Made by a program: the position numbers and the translations under genes. Of a stretch of DNA of 64,000 nucleotides, positions 38,404 to 48,907 are shown piece by piece (position 1 is the first letter of the stretch; every line of letters starts with the position of its first letter). The notes beneath the pieces are model-generated. The model was not told the origin of the DNA and did no database searches. It saw only the letters and a list, made by a program, of their open reading frames with translations. This DNA comes from an uncultured Candidatus Saccharibacteria bacterium (lineage in GTDB: Bacteria > Patescibacteriota > Minisyncoccia > Phycocordibacterales > JAKAEA01): assembly GCA_964577595.1 (NCBI GenBank), contig CAZNZK010000002.1, forward strand, positions 150,163 through 214,162, in the 5' to 3' direction.

Positions 38404-40638
38404 ATGAACACACAAAATATCAAAAAAACATTTTCGGTGCGGGGCATGCATTGTGCCTCGTGTGTACGGGTGATTGAACAGGCGCTCGGGAGCACACCGG
38501 GCGTGGCTAGTGCGGTGGTCAATTTGGCCACGAATAAAGCTACGGTGAGCTACGATCCGGCCGCAGTTACCAATAAGCACCTGCGCTCGGCCGTGGCGAA
38601 TGTCGGCTACACGGCTATGGTAGATGAAGAAATGCAGTCAGAAGATATGGAAAAAATGCGCAAGCATCACGAGCTCAAAAATCTCAAAACAAAAGTTATT
38701 TTCAGCCTCGTGCTCGGCGCGCTTATTCTCTGGGGCAGTTTTCCAGGGCTTAGCGCTATAGCGCCGGCCATTCTGCGCAATTTTTGGGTACAGTTTTTGC
38801 TAGCCACGCCGGTGCAACTTTGGATTGGCCTTGTTTTCTACAAGGCCGCCTGGCCGGCAGCACGTCATTTGCGGGCCAACATGGACACGTTGGTGGCACT
38901 TGGCACCACTGTAGCCTATTTGTATTCAGCTTTCGTGACCATTTTCCCGGCAATTGTGGAAAGGGCCGGCTTGGAAGCGATGCCTTATTTTGATGTGGCC
39001 ACGCTCGTTATCGGCTTAATTCTTCTTGGTCGTTATTTTGAAGCGAAAGCAAAAGCTGGCACCGGTGAGGCAATCAAAAAACTCATCGGCTTGCAGGCTA
39101 AAACGGCGCGAGTGGTGCGCGATGGCAGGGAAGTGGATGTTCCTATCGGTGAAGTAGAAATCGGCGACACCGTGCGTGTGCGGCCTGGCGAAAAAATTCC
39201 AGTGGATGGCGTGATTGTGAGTGGTGAATCTTCAGTTGATGAATCAATGGTCACCGGCGAAAGTATGCCGGTTGATAAAGCCGAGGGCGGCACGGTTGTG
39301 GGCGCCACCATGAATAAAAGCGGCACATTTACATTTAGGGCAACTAAAGTGGGAGCCAACACTATGCTTGCGCATATTATTCAGCTCGTGGAAAATGCCC
39401 AGGGCAGCAAGGCGCCTATTCAGCGTGTGGCCGATACGGTTTCCGCGTATTTTGTGCCGATAGTTATTGTGCTGGCCTTGGCGACGTTTGGCGTGTGGTA
39501 TGCATTCGGCCCGGCTCCGGCGCTCTTACACGCGCTTCTGAATATGATCGCCGTTCTCATTATTGCTTGCCCGTGTGCTATGGGCTTAGCCACACCAACG
39601 GCAATTATGGTTGGCACCGGCAAAGGCGCCGAGCACGGCATTCTTATTAAAGACGCCGAGAGTTTGGAGCTAGCGCATAAAATTACCACGGTGGTTTTTG
39701 ACAAAACCGGCACGCTCACCACGGGTAAGCCAGAAGTGACGGACGTTGTCGCTTGGAACGGTTTTGACCAAAATCAAGCGCTTGCTATGGCCGCATCGCT
39801 GGAAAAAGACTCCGAACATTCACTAGCTGAAAGTATCGTGGCTGAAGCGGAAAAGAAAGGCGTTACGCTGGTGTCCGCAAGCAAATTCAAAGCTATTGCC
39901 GGGCACGGCGTGGAGGGCGTTATTGCCGATCAACGCTACATTTTTGGCAACCGCAAGCTTATGGAACGAGAGGGGGTGGAAATTGGCCCGCACCAGCAAG
40001 AAGTTGAGCGACACGAGTATGAAGGCAAAACTGTTATGCTTCTGGCCGCAGGTAAAAAGCTCCTCGCTCTTATTGCCGTGGCCGACACTGTCAAAGAAAC
40101 TGCGGCAGAAGGCGTGCGCCAGCTCACCGCGCTTGGCGTAGAAGTAATAATGCTCACCGGCGACAACAAGAGGACGGCATCAGCTATCGCCGCCAAGCTC
40201 GGCATTAAAAACATCGTGGCCGACGTTTTGCCCGATCAAAAAGAAAGCGTTATTCGCGAACTTTTGGCGCGCGGCGAGCACGTGGCGATGGTGGGGGATG
40301 GCATCAACGATGCTCCGGCTTTGGCTGCCGCAACCGTTGGTATTGCCATGGGCAGTGGCACCGATGTGGCTATTGAAGCCGCCGACATCACTTTGATCAA
40401 CAAAGACATTCGTTCCGTAGCTATGGCCATTCGGCTCTCTAAGAAAACCATGCGCACCATCAAGCAAAATCTCTTTTGGGCCTTTGGCTACAACGTTATT
40501 CTCATCCCTGTGGCTATGGGTGCACTCTATCCGTCCTTTCACATTCTCCTCAATCCTATCTTCGCCTCTATAGCGATGGCCGGAAGCTCTATTTCCGTAG
40601 TCTCTAATTCGCTTCTCCTGAAGCAGGCGAAACTCTAA
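38404..40638 (+). CDS. copA: Copper-translocating P1B-type ATPase
   Basis: N-terminal HMA GMHCASC, TM CPC motif [17 protein letters not shown], and GDGINDAP. Confidence 0.92.
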   Translation: MNTQNIKKTFSVRGMHCASCVRVIEQALGSTPGVASAVVNLATNKATVSYDPAAVTNKHLRSAVANVGYTAMVDEEMQSEDMEKMRKHHELKNLKTKVIFSLVLGALILWGSFPGLSAIAPAILRNFWVQFLLATPVQLWIGLVFYKAAWPAARHLRANMDTLVALGTTVAYLYSAFVTIFPAIVERAGLEAMPYFDVATLVIGLILLGRYFEAKAKAGTGEAIKKLIGLQAKTARVVRDGREVDVPIGEVEIGDTVRVRPGEKIPVDGVIVSGESSVDESMVTGESMPVDKAEGGTVVGATMNKSGTFTFRATKVGANTMLAHIIQLVENAQGSKAPIQRVADTVSAYFVPIVIVLALATFGVWYAFGPAPALLHALLNMIAVLIIACPCAMGLATPTAIMVGTGKGAEHGILIKDAESLELAHKITTVVFDKTGTLTTGKPEVTDVVAWNGFDQNQALAMAASLEKDSEHSLAESIVAEAEKKGVTLVSASKFKAIAGHGVEGVIADQRYIFGNRKLMEREGVEIGPHQQEVERHEYEGKTVMLLAAGKKLLALIAVADTVKETAAEGVRQLTALGVEVIMLTGDNKRTASAIAAKLGIKNIVADVLPDQKESVIRELLARGEHVAMVGDGINDAPALAAATVGIAMGSGTDVAIEAADITLINKDIRSVAMAIRLSKKTMRTIKQNLFWAFGYNVILIPVAMGALYPSFHILLNPIFASIAMAGSSISVVSNSLLLKQAKL

Positions 40639-40690
40639 AATGGCGAAAAATTGACCAGAAAAACGAATAGTAGCAATTTCCACGGCTCTG

Positions 40691-40719
40691 TTGACACTCT
40701 GCGAAGCTTTTGATAGTAT
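40691..40719 (+). promoter_or_regulatory. Canonical sigma70-type promoter: TTGACA, 17-nt spacer, TAGTAT. It sits about 6 nt upstream of the rpsZ ATG, so the transcript would be near-leaderless
   Basis: Read directly at 40691-40696 and 40714-40719. Confidence 0.6.
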
Positions 40720-40731
40720 TCCTCAACCTGT

Positions 40732-40917
40732 ATGGCAAAGACATCTACGGTCGCTCGGTCGAAAAAGACCCCCAAATTCTCCAGCCGGATTGTCCGTCGC
40801 TGTTTTCGCTGTGGTCGCAAGCGCGGCTATATGCGCGAATTTGACATGTGCCGTATTTGTTTCCGTGAATTGGCCAATGACGGCATGATTCCTGGCATTA
40901 AGAAGTCTTCCTGGTAA
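40732..40917 (+). CDS. rpsZ: 30S ribosomal protein S14, zinc-binding type Z
   Basis: 61 aa with CxxC...CxxC (CFRCGRKRGYMREFDMCRIC). Confidence 0.92.
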   Translation: MAKTSTVARSKKTPKFSSRIVRRCFRCGRKRGYMREFDMCRICFRELANDGMIPGIKKSSW

Positions 40918-40921
40918 GCCT

Positions 40922-41311
40922 ATGACCGATCCTATCGCCGATTTCCTTACCCATATCCGTAACGCCAGCGCTGTTAATAAGCCAGAATTGGCCATTTCCT
41001 ACTCCAAAATGAAGGAGGAAATCGCTAACGTGCTCGTTAAGGAGGGTTATCTTAAAAGCGTTGCTAAGAAAGGCAAGAAAATCAATAAGACCCTGGAAGT
41101 TGCTTTGGCCTATGGCGAATTTGGTCCGAAAGTCACCGGCATTGAGCGTGTCTCCAAGCTTTCCAAGCGCGTCTACAAAGGTGCTCGGGATTTGAAGTCG
41201 GTGAAGCAGGGTCACGGCGTGGCGGTGATTACCACCTCAAAAGGCTTAATGACTGATGCCGAAGCCCGCAAGCAAAAGGTCGGCGGCGAAGTGCTTTTCA
41301 AAATCTGGTAA
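40922..41311 (+). CDS. rpsH: 30S ribosomal protein S8
   Basis: MTDPIADFLTHIRNA. Confidence 0.93.
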   Translation: MTDPIADFLTHIRNASAVNKPELAISYSKMKEEIANVLVKEGYLKSVAKKGKKINKTLEVALAYGEFGPKVTGIERVSKLSKRVYKGARDLKSVKQGHGVAVITTSKGLMTDAEARKQKVGGEVLFKIW

Positions 41312-41328
41312 GAATTTTTTATACTCTC

Positions 41329-41862
41329 ATGTCACGAATCGGCAAAAAAATAATCACGCTCCCGGAAAAAGTTGAAGTCACTGCTTCAGCGGGGAAGGTG
41401 GTGGTCAAAGGTCCTAAGGCGACTCTTGAGCGTGCTGTCTCGCCGTCAGTTATGATCACGGTTGCTGGTAAGGAAGTGCGTGTGGCGCCAGTTTCTGGCC
41501 ACGAAGACGCCGACGTTGTTTCCGGTACAACTGTTTCGCATATTGAAAACATGATTGCTGGTGTCACCGAGCCCTACACCAAAAAGCTGCTCATTGAAGG
41601 AATCGGCTATAAAGCCGACGTTAAAGGTGTTGAAATGGTTATGAGTTTGGGCTTTTCTCACCAAATCCATGTGCCAATCCCGGCCACACTCAAAGTTACT
41701 TCCGATAAGGGTGCTATTACTATCGTTGGTAGCAACAAGGAAGAAGTCGGCCAATTTGCCGCTAACATTCGCGCTTTCAAGAAGCCGGAGCCTTATAAGG
41801 GCAAGGGTATTCGCTATGAAGGTGAAGTGGTTCGTCGCAAGGCCGGCAAAAAGACTGTCTAG
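41329..41862 (+). CDS. rplF: 50S ribosomal protein L6
   Basis: [12 protein letters not shown]. Confidence 0.93.
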   Translation: MSRIGKKIITLPEKVEVTASAGKVVVKGPKATLERAVSPSVMITVAGKEVRVAPVSGHEDADVVSGTTVSHIENMIAGVTEPYTKKLLIEGIGYKADVKGVEMVMSLGFSHQIHVPIPATLKVTSDKGAITIVGSNKEEVGQFAANIRAFKKPEPYKGKGIRYEGEVVRRKAGKKTV

Positions 41863-41873
41863 TATTAAAATAT

Positions 41874-42224
41874 ATGAAAGCTACCCAAATCAAAACAGCA
41901 AAACGCAATCGTCGCCACAATCGCATCCGCTCCAAAGTAAGTGGTACTGCCGCGTGCCCGCGTCTTTCCGTATATCGTTCCAATAAATTCGTCTACGCTC
42001 AGCTTATTGACGATGAGAAAGGTATGACGTTGGCCGCCACTTCCACCAAAGACAGTAAAGGTAAGGGGATGTTGGAAAAAGCAAAAGGCGCCGGCGTAGA
42101 AATCGCCAAGAAGGCCGTTGAGTTGAAAATCAAGCAGGCTGTTTTTGATCGCGGTGGCTTTATTTATACCGGTCGGGTACGCGCGCTTGCCGAAGGCGCT
42201 CGCGAAGGAGGTTTGCAATTTTAA
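41874..42224 (+). CDS. rplR: 50S ribosomal protein L18
   Basis: L18 sequence and operon position. Confidence 0.9.
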   Translation: MKATQIKTAKRNRRHNRIRSKVSGTAACPRLSVYRSNKFVYAQLIDDEKGMTLAATSTKDSKGKGMLEKAKGAGVEIAKKAVELKIKQAVFDRGGFIYTGRVRALAEGAREGGLQF

Positions 42225-42232
42225 TAATTTTT

Positions 42233-42991
42233 ATGGCTCCTGAACAAAAACAAATCGCTAAAGAGAAGGAAATTCCTCAGCAGGAATTGGCTGCTGAAGG
42301 CATGAATGCTGTTACAGGTGCTGTTACAGGTGCTGTTCCCGCGGAAACCCCCGTTGCCGCTACTGCTGGTGCTCCAGCAGCTGCCGTCGCGCCTCGCCGC
42401 CGCAATCAAGACCGCGATCGCGCCCCGCAAGGTACTGGCCCGCGCCGCAATCCGCGCCGTAGCCGCAATGAAGGCAAGGCTCGTCCTGAGTTTGATCAAA
42501 AAATTATTGATATCCGCCGTGTCGCTCGCGTTGTGGCCGGCGGTCGCCGTTTCAATTTCTCAGTAAGTATCGTCATTGGTGACCGAAAGGGAAGCGTGGG
42601 TGTCGGCCTTGGAAAGGGCGGTGACACGGCTTTGGCTATTGAAAAGGCTCTCCGCAATGCCAAGAAAAACATGATTAAGATTCCGGTTACGAAAACCATG
42701 TCCATTCCGTACGAAATCAGCGCAAAATTCGGCGCTTCCAAAGTAAGCTTTATGCCGACCCCGGGCCGTGGCGTTGTTGCCGGCAGTTCCGTCAGAAGCG
42801 TCATTGAGCTCGCTGGCTTAAAGGATGTTGGTGCCAAGCTTCGTTCCAGCCCGAAGAATAGTTTGAATAACGCCCGCGTCGCCGTGCTCGCTTTAAGCCG
42901 TCTTACCCCGCATCGTCGCTCTCTCATGGCCCGCGCCAAAAACGAGCAGAAAGTTGCCGCTGAAAAAGCCGTTGCCGAAAAAGCCGCCTAA
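42233..42991 (+). CDS. rpsE: 30S ribosomal protein S5 with an Ala/Pro/Arg-rich N-terminal extension of about 90 aa and a C-terminal extension
   Basis: S5 core IDIRRVARVVAGGRRFNFSVSIVIGD...GVGLGKG. Followed directly by rplO, with no L30 gene. Confidence 0.9.
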   Translation: MAPEQKQIAKEKEIPQQELAAEGMNAVTGAVTGAVPAETPVAATAGAPAAAVAPRRRNQDRDRAPQGTGPRRNPRRSRNEGKARPEFDQKIIDIRRVARVVAGGRRFNFSVSIVIGDRKGSVGVGLGKGGDTALAIEKALRNAKKNMIKIPVTKTMSIPYEISAKFGASKVSFMPTPGRGVVAGSSVRSVIELAGLKDVGAKLRSSPKNSLNNARVAVLALSRLTPHRRSLMARAKNEQKVAAEKAVAEKAA

Positions 42992-43001
42992 TTTCACTTT
43001 T

Positions 43002-43541
43002 ATGCAAATACATCAAATCGTCAGAATCCATAAGAATAAGAAAAGTGCTCCAGTAGGCCGCGGCGGTACTCGTGGTAAAACATCCGGCCGTGGTACTAAA
43101 GGCCAGAACGCCCGCGCCGGTCACAAGAATCGCCCGGAATTTCGCGATATAATCAAAAAGCTTCCCAAGCTTCGTGGTCGCGGCAAGAACAGCAACCTCA
43201 CCATCCAAACCAAGCCAGCAATCGTGAATGTTGCCCTTTTGGAACAACACTTTGAGAACGGCGCTCTCATTAATCGTGAAGCACTTTTGGCCAAAGGCCT
43301 CATCCGCACTCGTGGCGGCCAGTTGCCGGAAGTAAAAATCCTCGGCGATGGTGAGCTTAAGAAGAAGTTTACTTTTGCCGGCCTCCACTTTTCCAAGTCG
43401 GCCCGTGCAAAAGCCGGCCTCAAGGAAATCATCATTGAGGTAAAGCCGGTAGAAGTTAAAAAAGTCCCTGAAGTTAAGAAAGCTCCAGAAGCAAAAAAAG
43501 TAAAGAAAGAGGTAAAGCCCAAAACAGAAGTTAAAAAATAA
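43002..43541 (+). CDS. rplO: 50S ribosomal protein L15 with Lys-rich C-terminal repeat extension (KKVPEVKK-like)
   Basis: L15 core GRGGTRGKTSGRGTKGQNARAG. Start at ATG 43002. Confidence 0.9.
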   Translation: MQIHQIVRIHKNKKSAPVGRGGTRGKTSGRGTKGQNARAGHKNRPEFRDIIKKLPKLRGRGKNSNLTIQTKPAIVNVALLEQHFENGALINREALLAKGLIRTRGGQLPEVKILGDGELKKKFTFAGLHFSKSARAKAGLKEIIIEVKPVEVKKVPEVKKAPEAKKVKKEVKPKTEVKK

Positions 43542-43545
43542 TTAA

Positions 43546-44817
43546 ATGTCTACATTTGGCGATAAACTCAGAGCAATCGTCGGTGACCGCAACTTGCGCA
43601 ATCGCATTTTAATTACCCTTGGCCTTTTGGCCGCTTTTCGCGTGCTGGCCGCCATTCCCGTGCCGGGCATCAATCAGGCCGCACTCACGCAGTTTTTCAG
43701 CAACAATCAATTCTTTGGCCTTTTGAACGTCTTTTCCGGCGGCGGTCTTTCACACTTTTCTATAGTTATGCTCGGTGTCGGTCCTTACATCACTGGCACC
43801 ATTATTATGCAGCTTTTAACTCTGCTCTCACCGCGTCTTAAGAGTATGTATCAGGAAGAAGGGGAGGCCGGCCGCATGAAATTCACCCAGTATTCCCGCA
43901 TGCTCACTGTGCCGTTGGCTATGGTTCAATCCTTCGGTTTTATCACGCTTCTTTCTCGCGAAAGCATCATCACTAACCTCACGCCGCTCCAGATGGCTAT
44001 CAACATTGCCATCGTGACCGGCGGTTCTCTTCTCCTTGTTTGGATTGGTGAACGCATCAGCGAATTCGGCATCGGCAACGGCACATCGCTCATTATTTTC
44101 GCCGGTATCGTCGCCAGCTTGCCGCAAGCTATCAGTCAGACGCTCATTTCTTTTGACCCATCGCAAATTCCGACATACGCGCTTATCCTCGTTGGTTCGC
44201 TTGTGGTTGTGTATGCCGTCGTCTTTATTACCGAAGCCGAGCGGCCTATTCCCGTAACCTATGCCAAGCGAGTGCGCGGCAATAAGGTATATGGTGGTGT
44301 TTCCACTTATATCCCGCTTCGTCTCAACCAGGCTGGCGTTATTCCCATCATCTTCGCTCTTTCCATTTTGCTCTTCCCTCAAATCGTCTTCAAATACTTG
44401 GCTACCATCCACTACGCCCTCGTCGCTAACGCTTCCAACTGGATTGTGAATGCTCTCCAGAATCAGTGGACCTACGACATTCTCTATTTCATTCTTGTGT
44501 TTGCTTTTACCTATTTCTACACAGCCGTCACTTTTGATCCCAACCAACTCTCGGAAAATCTCCAGAAGAACGGCGCTTTCATTCCTGGCGTACGCCCCGG
44601 TTCGTCCACAGCACTCTTCATCTCTAAAATCCTTACGCGCCTCACTGCGTTCGGCGCCCTTTTCCTCGGCATCATCGCCGTTCTCCCGCTTATTATCCGT
44701 TCCGTCACCAACCAAACCTCACTCGCTATTGGCGGTACTGCTCTCCTCATCGTTGTCTCCGTCATCATTGACCTCCTCAAAAAAGTAGAAGCTCAGGTGA
44801 CGATGAAGGAATACTAA
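43546..44817 (+). CDS. secY: Preprotein translocase subunit SecY
   Basis: Ten TM segments and SecY signature regions. Confidence 0.93.
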   Translation: MSTFGDKLRAIVGDRNLRNRILITLGLLAAFRVLAAIPVPGINQAALTQFFSNNQFFGLLNVFSGGGLSHFSIVMLGVGPYITGTIIMQLLTLLSPRLKSMYQEEGEAGRMKFTQYSRMLTVPLAMVQSFGFITLLSRESIITNLTPLQMAINIAIVTGGSLLLVWIGERISEFGIGNGTSLIIFAGIVASLPQAISQTLISFDPSQIPTYALILVGSLVVVYAVVFITEAERPIPVTYAKRVRGNKVYGGVSTYIPLRLNQAGVIPIIFALSILLFPQIVFKYLATIHYALVANASNWIVNALQNQWTYDILYFILVFAFTYFYTAVTFDPNQLSENLQKNGAFIPGVRPGSSTALFISKILTRLTAFGALFLGIIAVLPLIIRSVTNQTSLAIGGTALLIVVSVIIDLLKKVEAQVTMKEY

Positions 44818-44871
44818 ACCCCGCACCACTTTTGGTTCTCAAGTAGGTAGAATGTGATACAATTTTCACCT

Positions 44872-45471
44872 ATGACCCCGCAAACATTCGTTTTTTTCGG
44901 CCGATCGGGTAGTGGTAAGGGGACCCAGGTGGATTTACTCATAGAATTCTTGAAGAAGAACGACCCAGCGCGGCAGTCTATTAATATTCAAACGGGCCAA
45001 AAGGGGCGCGATTTTGCCAAGCAGGAAAATTACACCGGCAAGCTCGTTAAAGACATCATTGACCACGGCCAGCTTTTTCCGGCATTTATACCTATTTATT
45101 TCTGGACGCAGGTTTTTGTGGAAAGTATTACAACAGGCGATGAGCATATCTTTCTGGATGGCCTTTGCCGTCGGCCCGAAGAAGCGCCTATTTTAGACGG
45201 TGCCATGGAGTTCTATAAGCGTATAAATCCGGCGATTGTTGTCATTACTGTTTCGGAGAAATGGGCCATAGAGCGACTCACGGCTCGCAAGCGCGCCGAC
45301 GACATTCCTAAAGATATTGCCAACCGCCTGGCGTGGTATGACAAACAAGTAACGCCCGCCGTGAATTATTTTCGTAGCAAGGCCGGCTACCGAGTGTTGG
45401 ATATTAATGGCGAGCAAAGCATCGCCGACGTGCACGCCGAGCTCTTGCGCAAAGCGGGCCTCGCGGGGTAA
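44872..45471 (+). CDS. adk: Adenylate kinase
   Basis: P-loop FFGRSGSGKGTQ and canonical position after secY. The LID region is divergent. Confidence 0.7.
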   Translation: MTPQTFVFFGRSGSGKGTQVDLLIEFLKKNDPARQSINIQTGQKGRDFAKQENYTGKLVKDIIDHGQLFPAFIPIYFWTQVFVESITTGDEHIFLDGLCRRPEEAPILDGAMEFYKRINPAIVVITVSEKWAIERLTARKRADDIPKDIANRLAWYDKQVTPAVNYFRSKAGYRVLDINGEQSIADVHAELLRKAGLAG

Positions 45472-45480
45472 AGTGTTTTT

Positions 45481-46260
45481 ATGATTACGATTAAGACGGA
45501 AAAGGATATCGCTATTTTACGCGAAGGCGGAAAGCGCTTAGCGAGAATTTTGGCAGCGGTGGCCGAAGCCGCCAAGCCCGGCGTTTCCACGGCCGATTTA
45601 GACGCACTCGCTCACACGCTGATTGCCGAAGGCGGTGACGAGTCCGCCTTTCTTGGCTACCGGCCCAAAGGCGCCTCCCGTAAGTATCCGGCGTCGCTCT
45701 GCGTTTCAATAAATGACGAAGTGGTGCACGGCATTCCCAATGAAAATCCACGCACCCTCAAAAATGGCGACGTGGTTTCTCTTGACCTCGGCCTCATTCA
45801 TGAGGGACTCATCACCGACCATGCTGTTACGGTGGGGGTGGGGGAGGTTTCTGCGCCGGCCAAGCAGCTACTCTCGGTTACCAAAGACGCGCTCATGGTC
45901 GGCATTGCCGCCGCCGAGGCGGGCAAAACCACTGGTGACATTGGCTTCGCCATAGAGCGGTTTGTCCACAAAAGTGGCTCCTTTGGTATCGTGGAGGAGC
46001 TTACGGGCCATGGTGTGGGCTATGGCGTTCATGAGGACCCGTTTGTGCCTAATTACGGCCGGTCGGGCGAAGGTGCGCCCTTGCGGCCGGGCATGGTTAT
46101 TGCCATTGAGCCGATGCTCACTTTGGGCGGCAAAGAAATTTTTGTGGCGGATGACGGCTATACTATTCGCACCGACGACGGTTCCACTGCCGCCCATTTT
46201 GAGCACACCATTCTTATTACGCCCAAAGGTCCAGCGGAAATTTTAACCAGATTATTTTAA
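45481..46260 (+). CDS. map: Methionine aminopeptidase type I
   Basis: The Asp, Asp, His, Glu, Glu metal ligands are in context. Confidence 0.9.
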   Translation: MITIKTEKDIAILREGGKRLARILAAVAEAAKPGVSTADLDALAHTLIAEGGDESAFLGYRPKGASRKYPASLCVSINDEVVHGIPNENPRTLKNGDVVSLDLGLIHEGLITDHAVTVGVGEVSAPAKQLLSVTKDALMVGIAAAEAGKTTGDIGFAIERFVHKSGSFGIVEELTGHGVGYGVHEDPFVPNYGRSGEGAPLRPGMVIAIEPMLTLGGKEIFVADDGYTIRTDDGSTAAHFEHTILITPKGPAEILTRLF

Positions 46261-46268
46261 CAAAACCA

Positions 46269-46958
46269 ATGACACTTGAAGGCAAAATAATTGTTATCAC
46301 CGGTGCCGGCCGCGGCTTGGGGAAAGTGATGGCCGACGTGTTTCAAAAACGCGGCGCAAAAGTGGTTGCTTCTAGCCTCAATTCGCTGAAATTCCCCGCT
46401 GATGTGCGCAAGGAAAGCGACATGCAAAAATTAGCCGCCGATGCGGTCGCAAAATTTGGCCGCATAGATATTTGGATTAATAACGCCGGCGTGTGGCTGG
46501 CCAAAATGCCGGTGGAAGAATTAGATATGCAAAAGGTACGCGAGCTTTTTGAAGTAAATACTTTTGGGGCAATGAATGGTTGCCGCGTGGCATTGAGGGT
46601 GATGAAAAAACAGAAGGGCGAAAATGGGCAGGGAGGTGGCACTATTGTCAATATTGTTTCCACAGCCGCGCTCATTGGCCGGCCGTTTACTGCGGCTTAT
46701 TCCGCAAGTAAGCACGCTGAAAAGGGTTTCATTGATTCTTTACGTGAAGAATTGAAAGAAGAAAAAAGCGCCATTAGCATTATTGGCATTTATCCCGGCG
46801 GCATCAAAACCGAGCTTTTTGGCGCGGAAAAACCCGCCGATTTTGATACGTTTATGGAGCCCGAGTTTGTGGCTGAAGCCGTCGTGGTCAACTTGGAAAA
46901 AGAAAAACCCGACAACGAACTCATTCTCCGTCGCGCTGGGCAAAACCTTAAAATATAA
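46269..46958 (+). CDS. Short-chain dehydrogenase/reductase (SDR) family oxidoreductase
   Basis: TGAGRGLG cofactor motif, NNAG, and the YSASK catalytic pair. Confidence 0.8.
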   Translation: MTLEGKIIVITGAGRGLGKVMADVFQKRGAKVVASSLNSLKFPADVRKESDMQKLAADAVAKFGRIDIWINNAGVWLAKMPVEELDMQKVRELFEVNTFGAMNGCRVALRVMKKQKGENGQGGGTIVNIVSTAALIGRPFTAAYSASKHAEKGFIDSLREELKEEKSAISIIGIYPGGIKTELFGAEKPADFDTFMEPEFVAEAVVVNLEKEKPDNELILRRAGQNLKI

Positions 46959-46981
46959 AGGCAGTTCTGTATAATAGAAAG

Positions 46982-47656
46982 ATGTTTCAGAAAAATTCTA
47001 AGGTTCCTAATTTGCGTCGCGGCTTTACACTAATAGAATTATTGTTTGTTATTTTAATCATCGGTATTTTAGCCGCTATCATTCTGGCTAATTTCGGCCC
47101 GGCAAAAGAAAAAGCTCGCGACGAGCGCCGCGTTTCCGACATTGCCCAAATCCAAGTCGCCCTTGAGGGCTATTTTGAAAATGCCGCCAACGCTGTCCCC
47201 GACAATGGCGGGAGGAGTTATCCGCCGTATCCGTTAAGCGCAAACGGATCAATTAGCGGTTCAGTTCAGGATGATGGAACTGGTCATCCCCAGATACCTT
47301 GCCGGCCGTATTCGGGAGGAGTTCCTGAGGTGGGTGGTCTTAACTGTCTGGCTGTCTCAAGCGGTAACTCCAATACAACTTATTTGCCTAGTGTGCCGAC
47401 AGATCCGCAGTCAGGTTTATCATATGATTATTACAGCTGTGATCCCAACGGTCCTAATAAATCAATGTGTGTGAATTCTGATACGGGCGCGTACTATCAA
47501 CATTACTGTGTTGGCGCTCATCTAGAAAACTATTTGCCCACAGATTCAGCCGAGAGTGTGGCGATTACTAGCTGTAGTGGCGTCACTTGGTGCGATATAT
47601 TACAGAACCCAAGTCATTACAATAGTGGTCAGGATAACTATGTAGTTTGCCGGTAA
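46982..47656 (+). CDS. Type IV pilin-like protein with a Cys-rich C-terminal globular domain
   Basis: Prepilin signal RRGFTLIELLFVILIIGILAAI and eight Cys in the C-terminal half. Confidence 0.75.
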   Translation: MFQKNSKVPNLRRGFTLIELLFVILIIGILAAIILANFGPAKEKARDERRVSDIAQIQVALEGYFENAANAVPDNGGRSYPPYPLSANGSISGSVQDDGTGHPQIPCRPYSGGVPEVGGLNCLAVSSGNSNTTYLPSVPTDPQSGLSYDYYSCDPNGPNKSMCVNSDTGAYYQHYCVGAHLENYLPTDSAESVAITSCSGVTWCDILQNPSHYNSGQDNYVVCR

Positions 47657-47734
47657 GTCCTCTTGACAATAGTATCCTAATCAGGTAATATTATTTCGGT
47701 TCTGTAATTCCAGCACTTTGAAAGGGGGTACTTT

Positions 47735-48907
47735 ATGTACTCGCGTAATCTCGCAATTGTGGCTGTGGCAATCGTTTTGCTTATGGCCAGCCGGGCAGTT
47801 TCCGCTGACCCGACTTTCCAGACGCTGACTTTTCTCAGTGTGCCTGGCTATTCCAATCCAACTGGTAGTGCGACATTCTCGGGAACGACTGTCTATATCG
47901 CCACCGCTAAGGGCGTTCTGGCTTTCAACACGGCAACAAACAGCGTGTCAGCCATTCCTGTTGCCAACCCCACTTTTCTGACTGCCAACGCGGTGGGGAA
48001 TGTCTACGGCGTCGCTGGAGACTTCTCAATCTTCCAGATCGCCGCTGATACGCATTCCCTTAGCACAGTCAGAGCATTTTCCTCCACAACTATCCCGGGA
48101 TATCTTGTGGCGGATGCGGTGGGGAATGTCTACGGGCAAACAGGAGTTTCCAGCGCCAATGCCACGTTGTTCTCGCTCACCACTAGCGGTACGTTTACGA
48201 CGTATCCGGCGGCTGGCGTCTATGCACACCCTGGCTTCATTGATGGGCAGGGCAACGTTGTTGGCGTGAACCCTGCAGGTGGCTCGGCGGGCGTTGGCGC
48301 TACTTTCACGCTCAATCCCAGCACGGGAAGTGTGACTACGGTTGCTCAGTTTAACGATACTGGTGTTGGCGGATACTATCCCACCACTGTCGTGGCTGAC
48401 AGCTCGGGCAATCAATACGGGTTTGCTAATATCAACATCACCAACAGCGGCAATACTATGGTCTACAAACTTCCGGTCGGCACAACAGTACCGATCACGC
48501 AAGCGTCGGCCGTAGGAAATTTTAACACCATTCCTACTGGCCTCATTAGTGATGCTGTTGGTGACCTGTTTGGTGTCACTCGGGGCGGTGGCACATCGGG
48601 CGCGGGAACGATTTTTGAAATTCCCGCAGGTTCTTCTACCGTCACAACGCTCTTGTCTTTTTCGGTCGCGTTCCAAAATCCTCTTTATGGGGTGCAACCG
48701 ATTGGGCTATTCTCGGACGGTTCCGGGAACTTGTACGGCGTGACCGAGGGCCAGGGTCAATCCATTCTCGGAAGCGTTTTTGAACTTTCAGGCACGGGTT
48801 TTGTGGTTTCAGCGGGCACTTCAGCCCCAGAGCCGGCGAGTCTCGGACTCCTGGCTCTAGGTGCGGCGGTTCTCGCGCTCGGCATACGGCGGCGCAGGCA
48901 AGCGTAA
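47735..48907 (+). CDS. Secreted beta-propeller-like repeat protein (GloVer-type repeats) with a C-terminal PEP-CTERM sorting signal
   Basis: Signal peptide; repeated GN(V/L)YG...G(T/S)(I/V)FE(L/I) units; C-terminus SAPEPASLGLLALGAAVLALGIRRRRQA. Confidence 0.7.
   Translation: MYSRNLAIVAVAIVLLMASRAVSADPTFQTLTFLSVPGYSNPTGSATFSGTTVYIATAKGVLAFNTATNSVSAIPVANPTFLTANAVGNVYGVAGDFSIFQIAADTHSLSTVRAFSSTTIPGYLVADAVGNVYGQTGVSSANATLFSLTTSGTFTTYPAAGVYAHPGFIDGQGNVVGVNPAGGSAGVGATFTLNPSTGSVTTVAQFNDTGVGGYYPTTVVADSSGNQYGFANINITNSGNTMVYKLPVGTTVPITQASAVGNFNTIPTGLISDAVGDLFGVTRGGGTSGAGTIFEIPAGSSTVTTLLSFSVAFQNPLYGVQPIGLFSDGSGNLYGVTEGQGQSILGSVFELSGTGFVVSAGTSAPEPASLGLLALGAAVLALGIRRRRQA

Noticed and set aside
43828-44715. 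295-aa ORF antisense to secY
   Set aside because: A shadow ORF. SecY on the plus strand is well supported.
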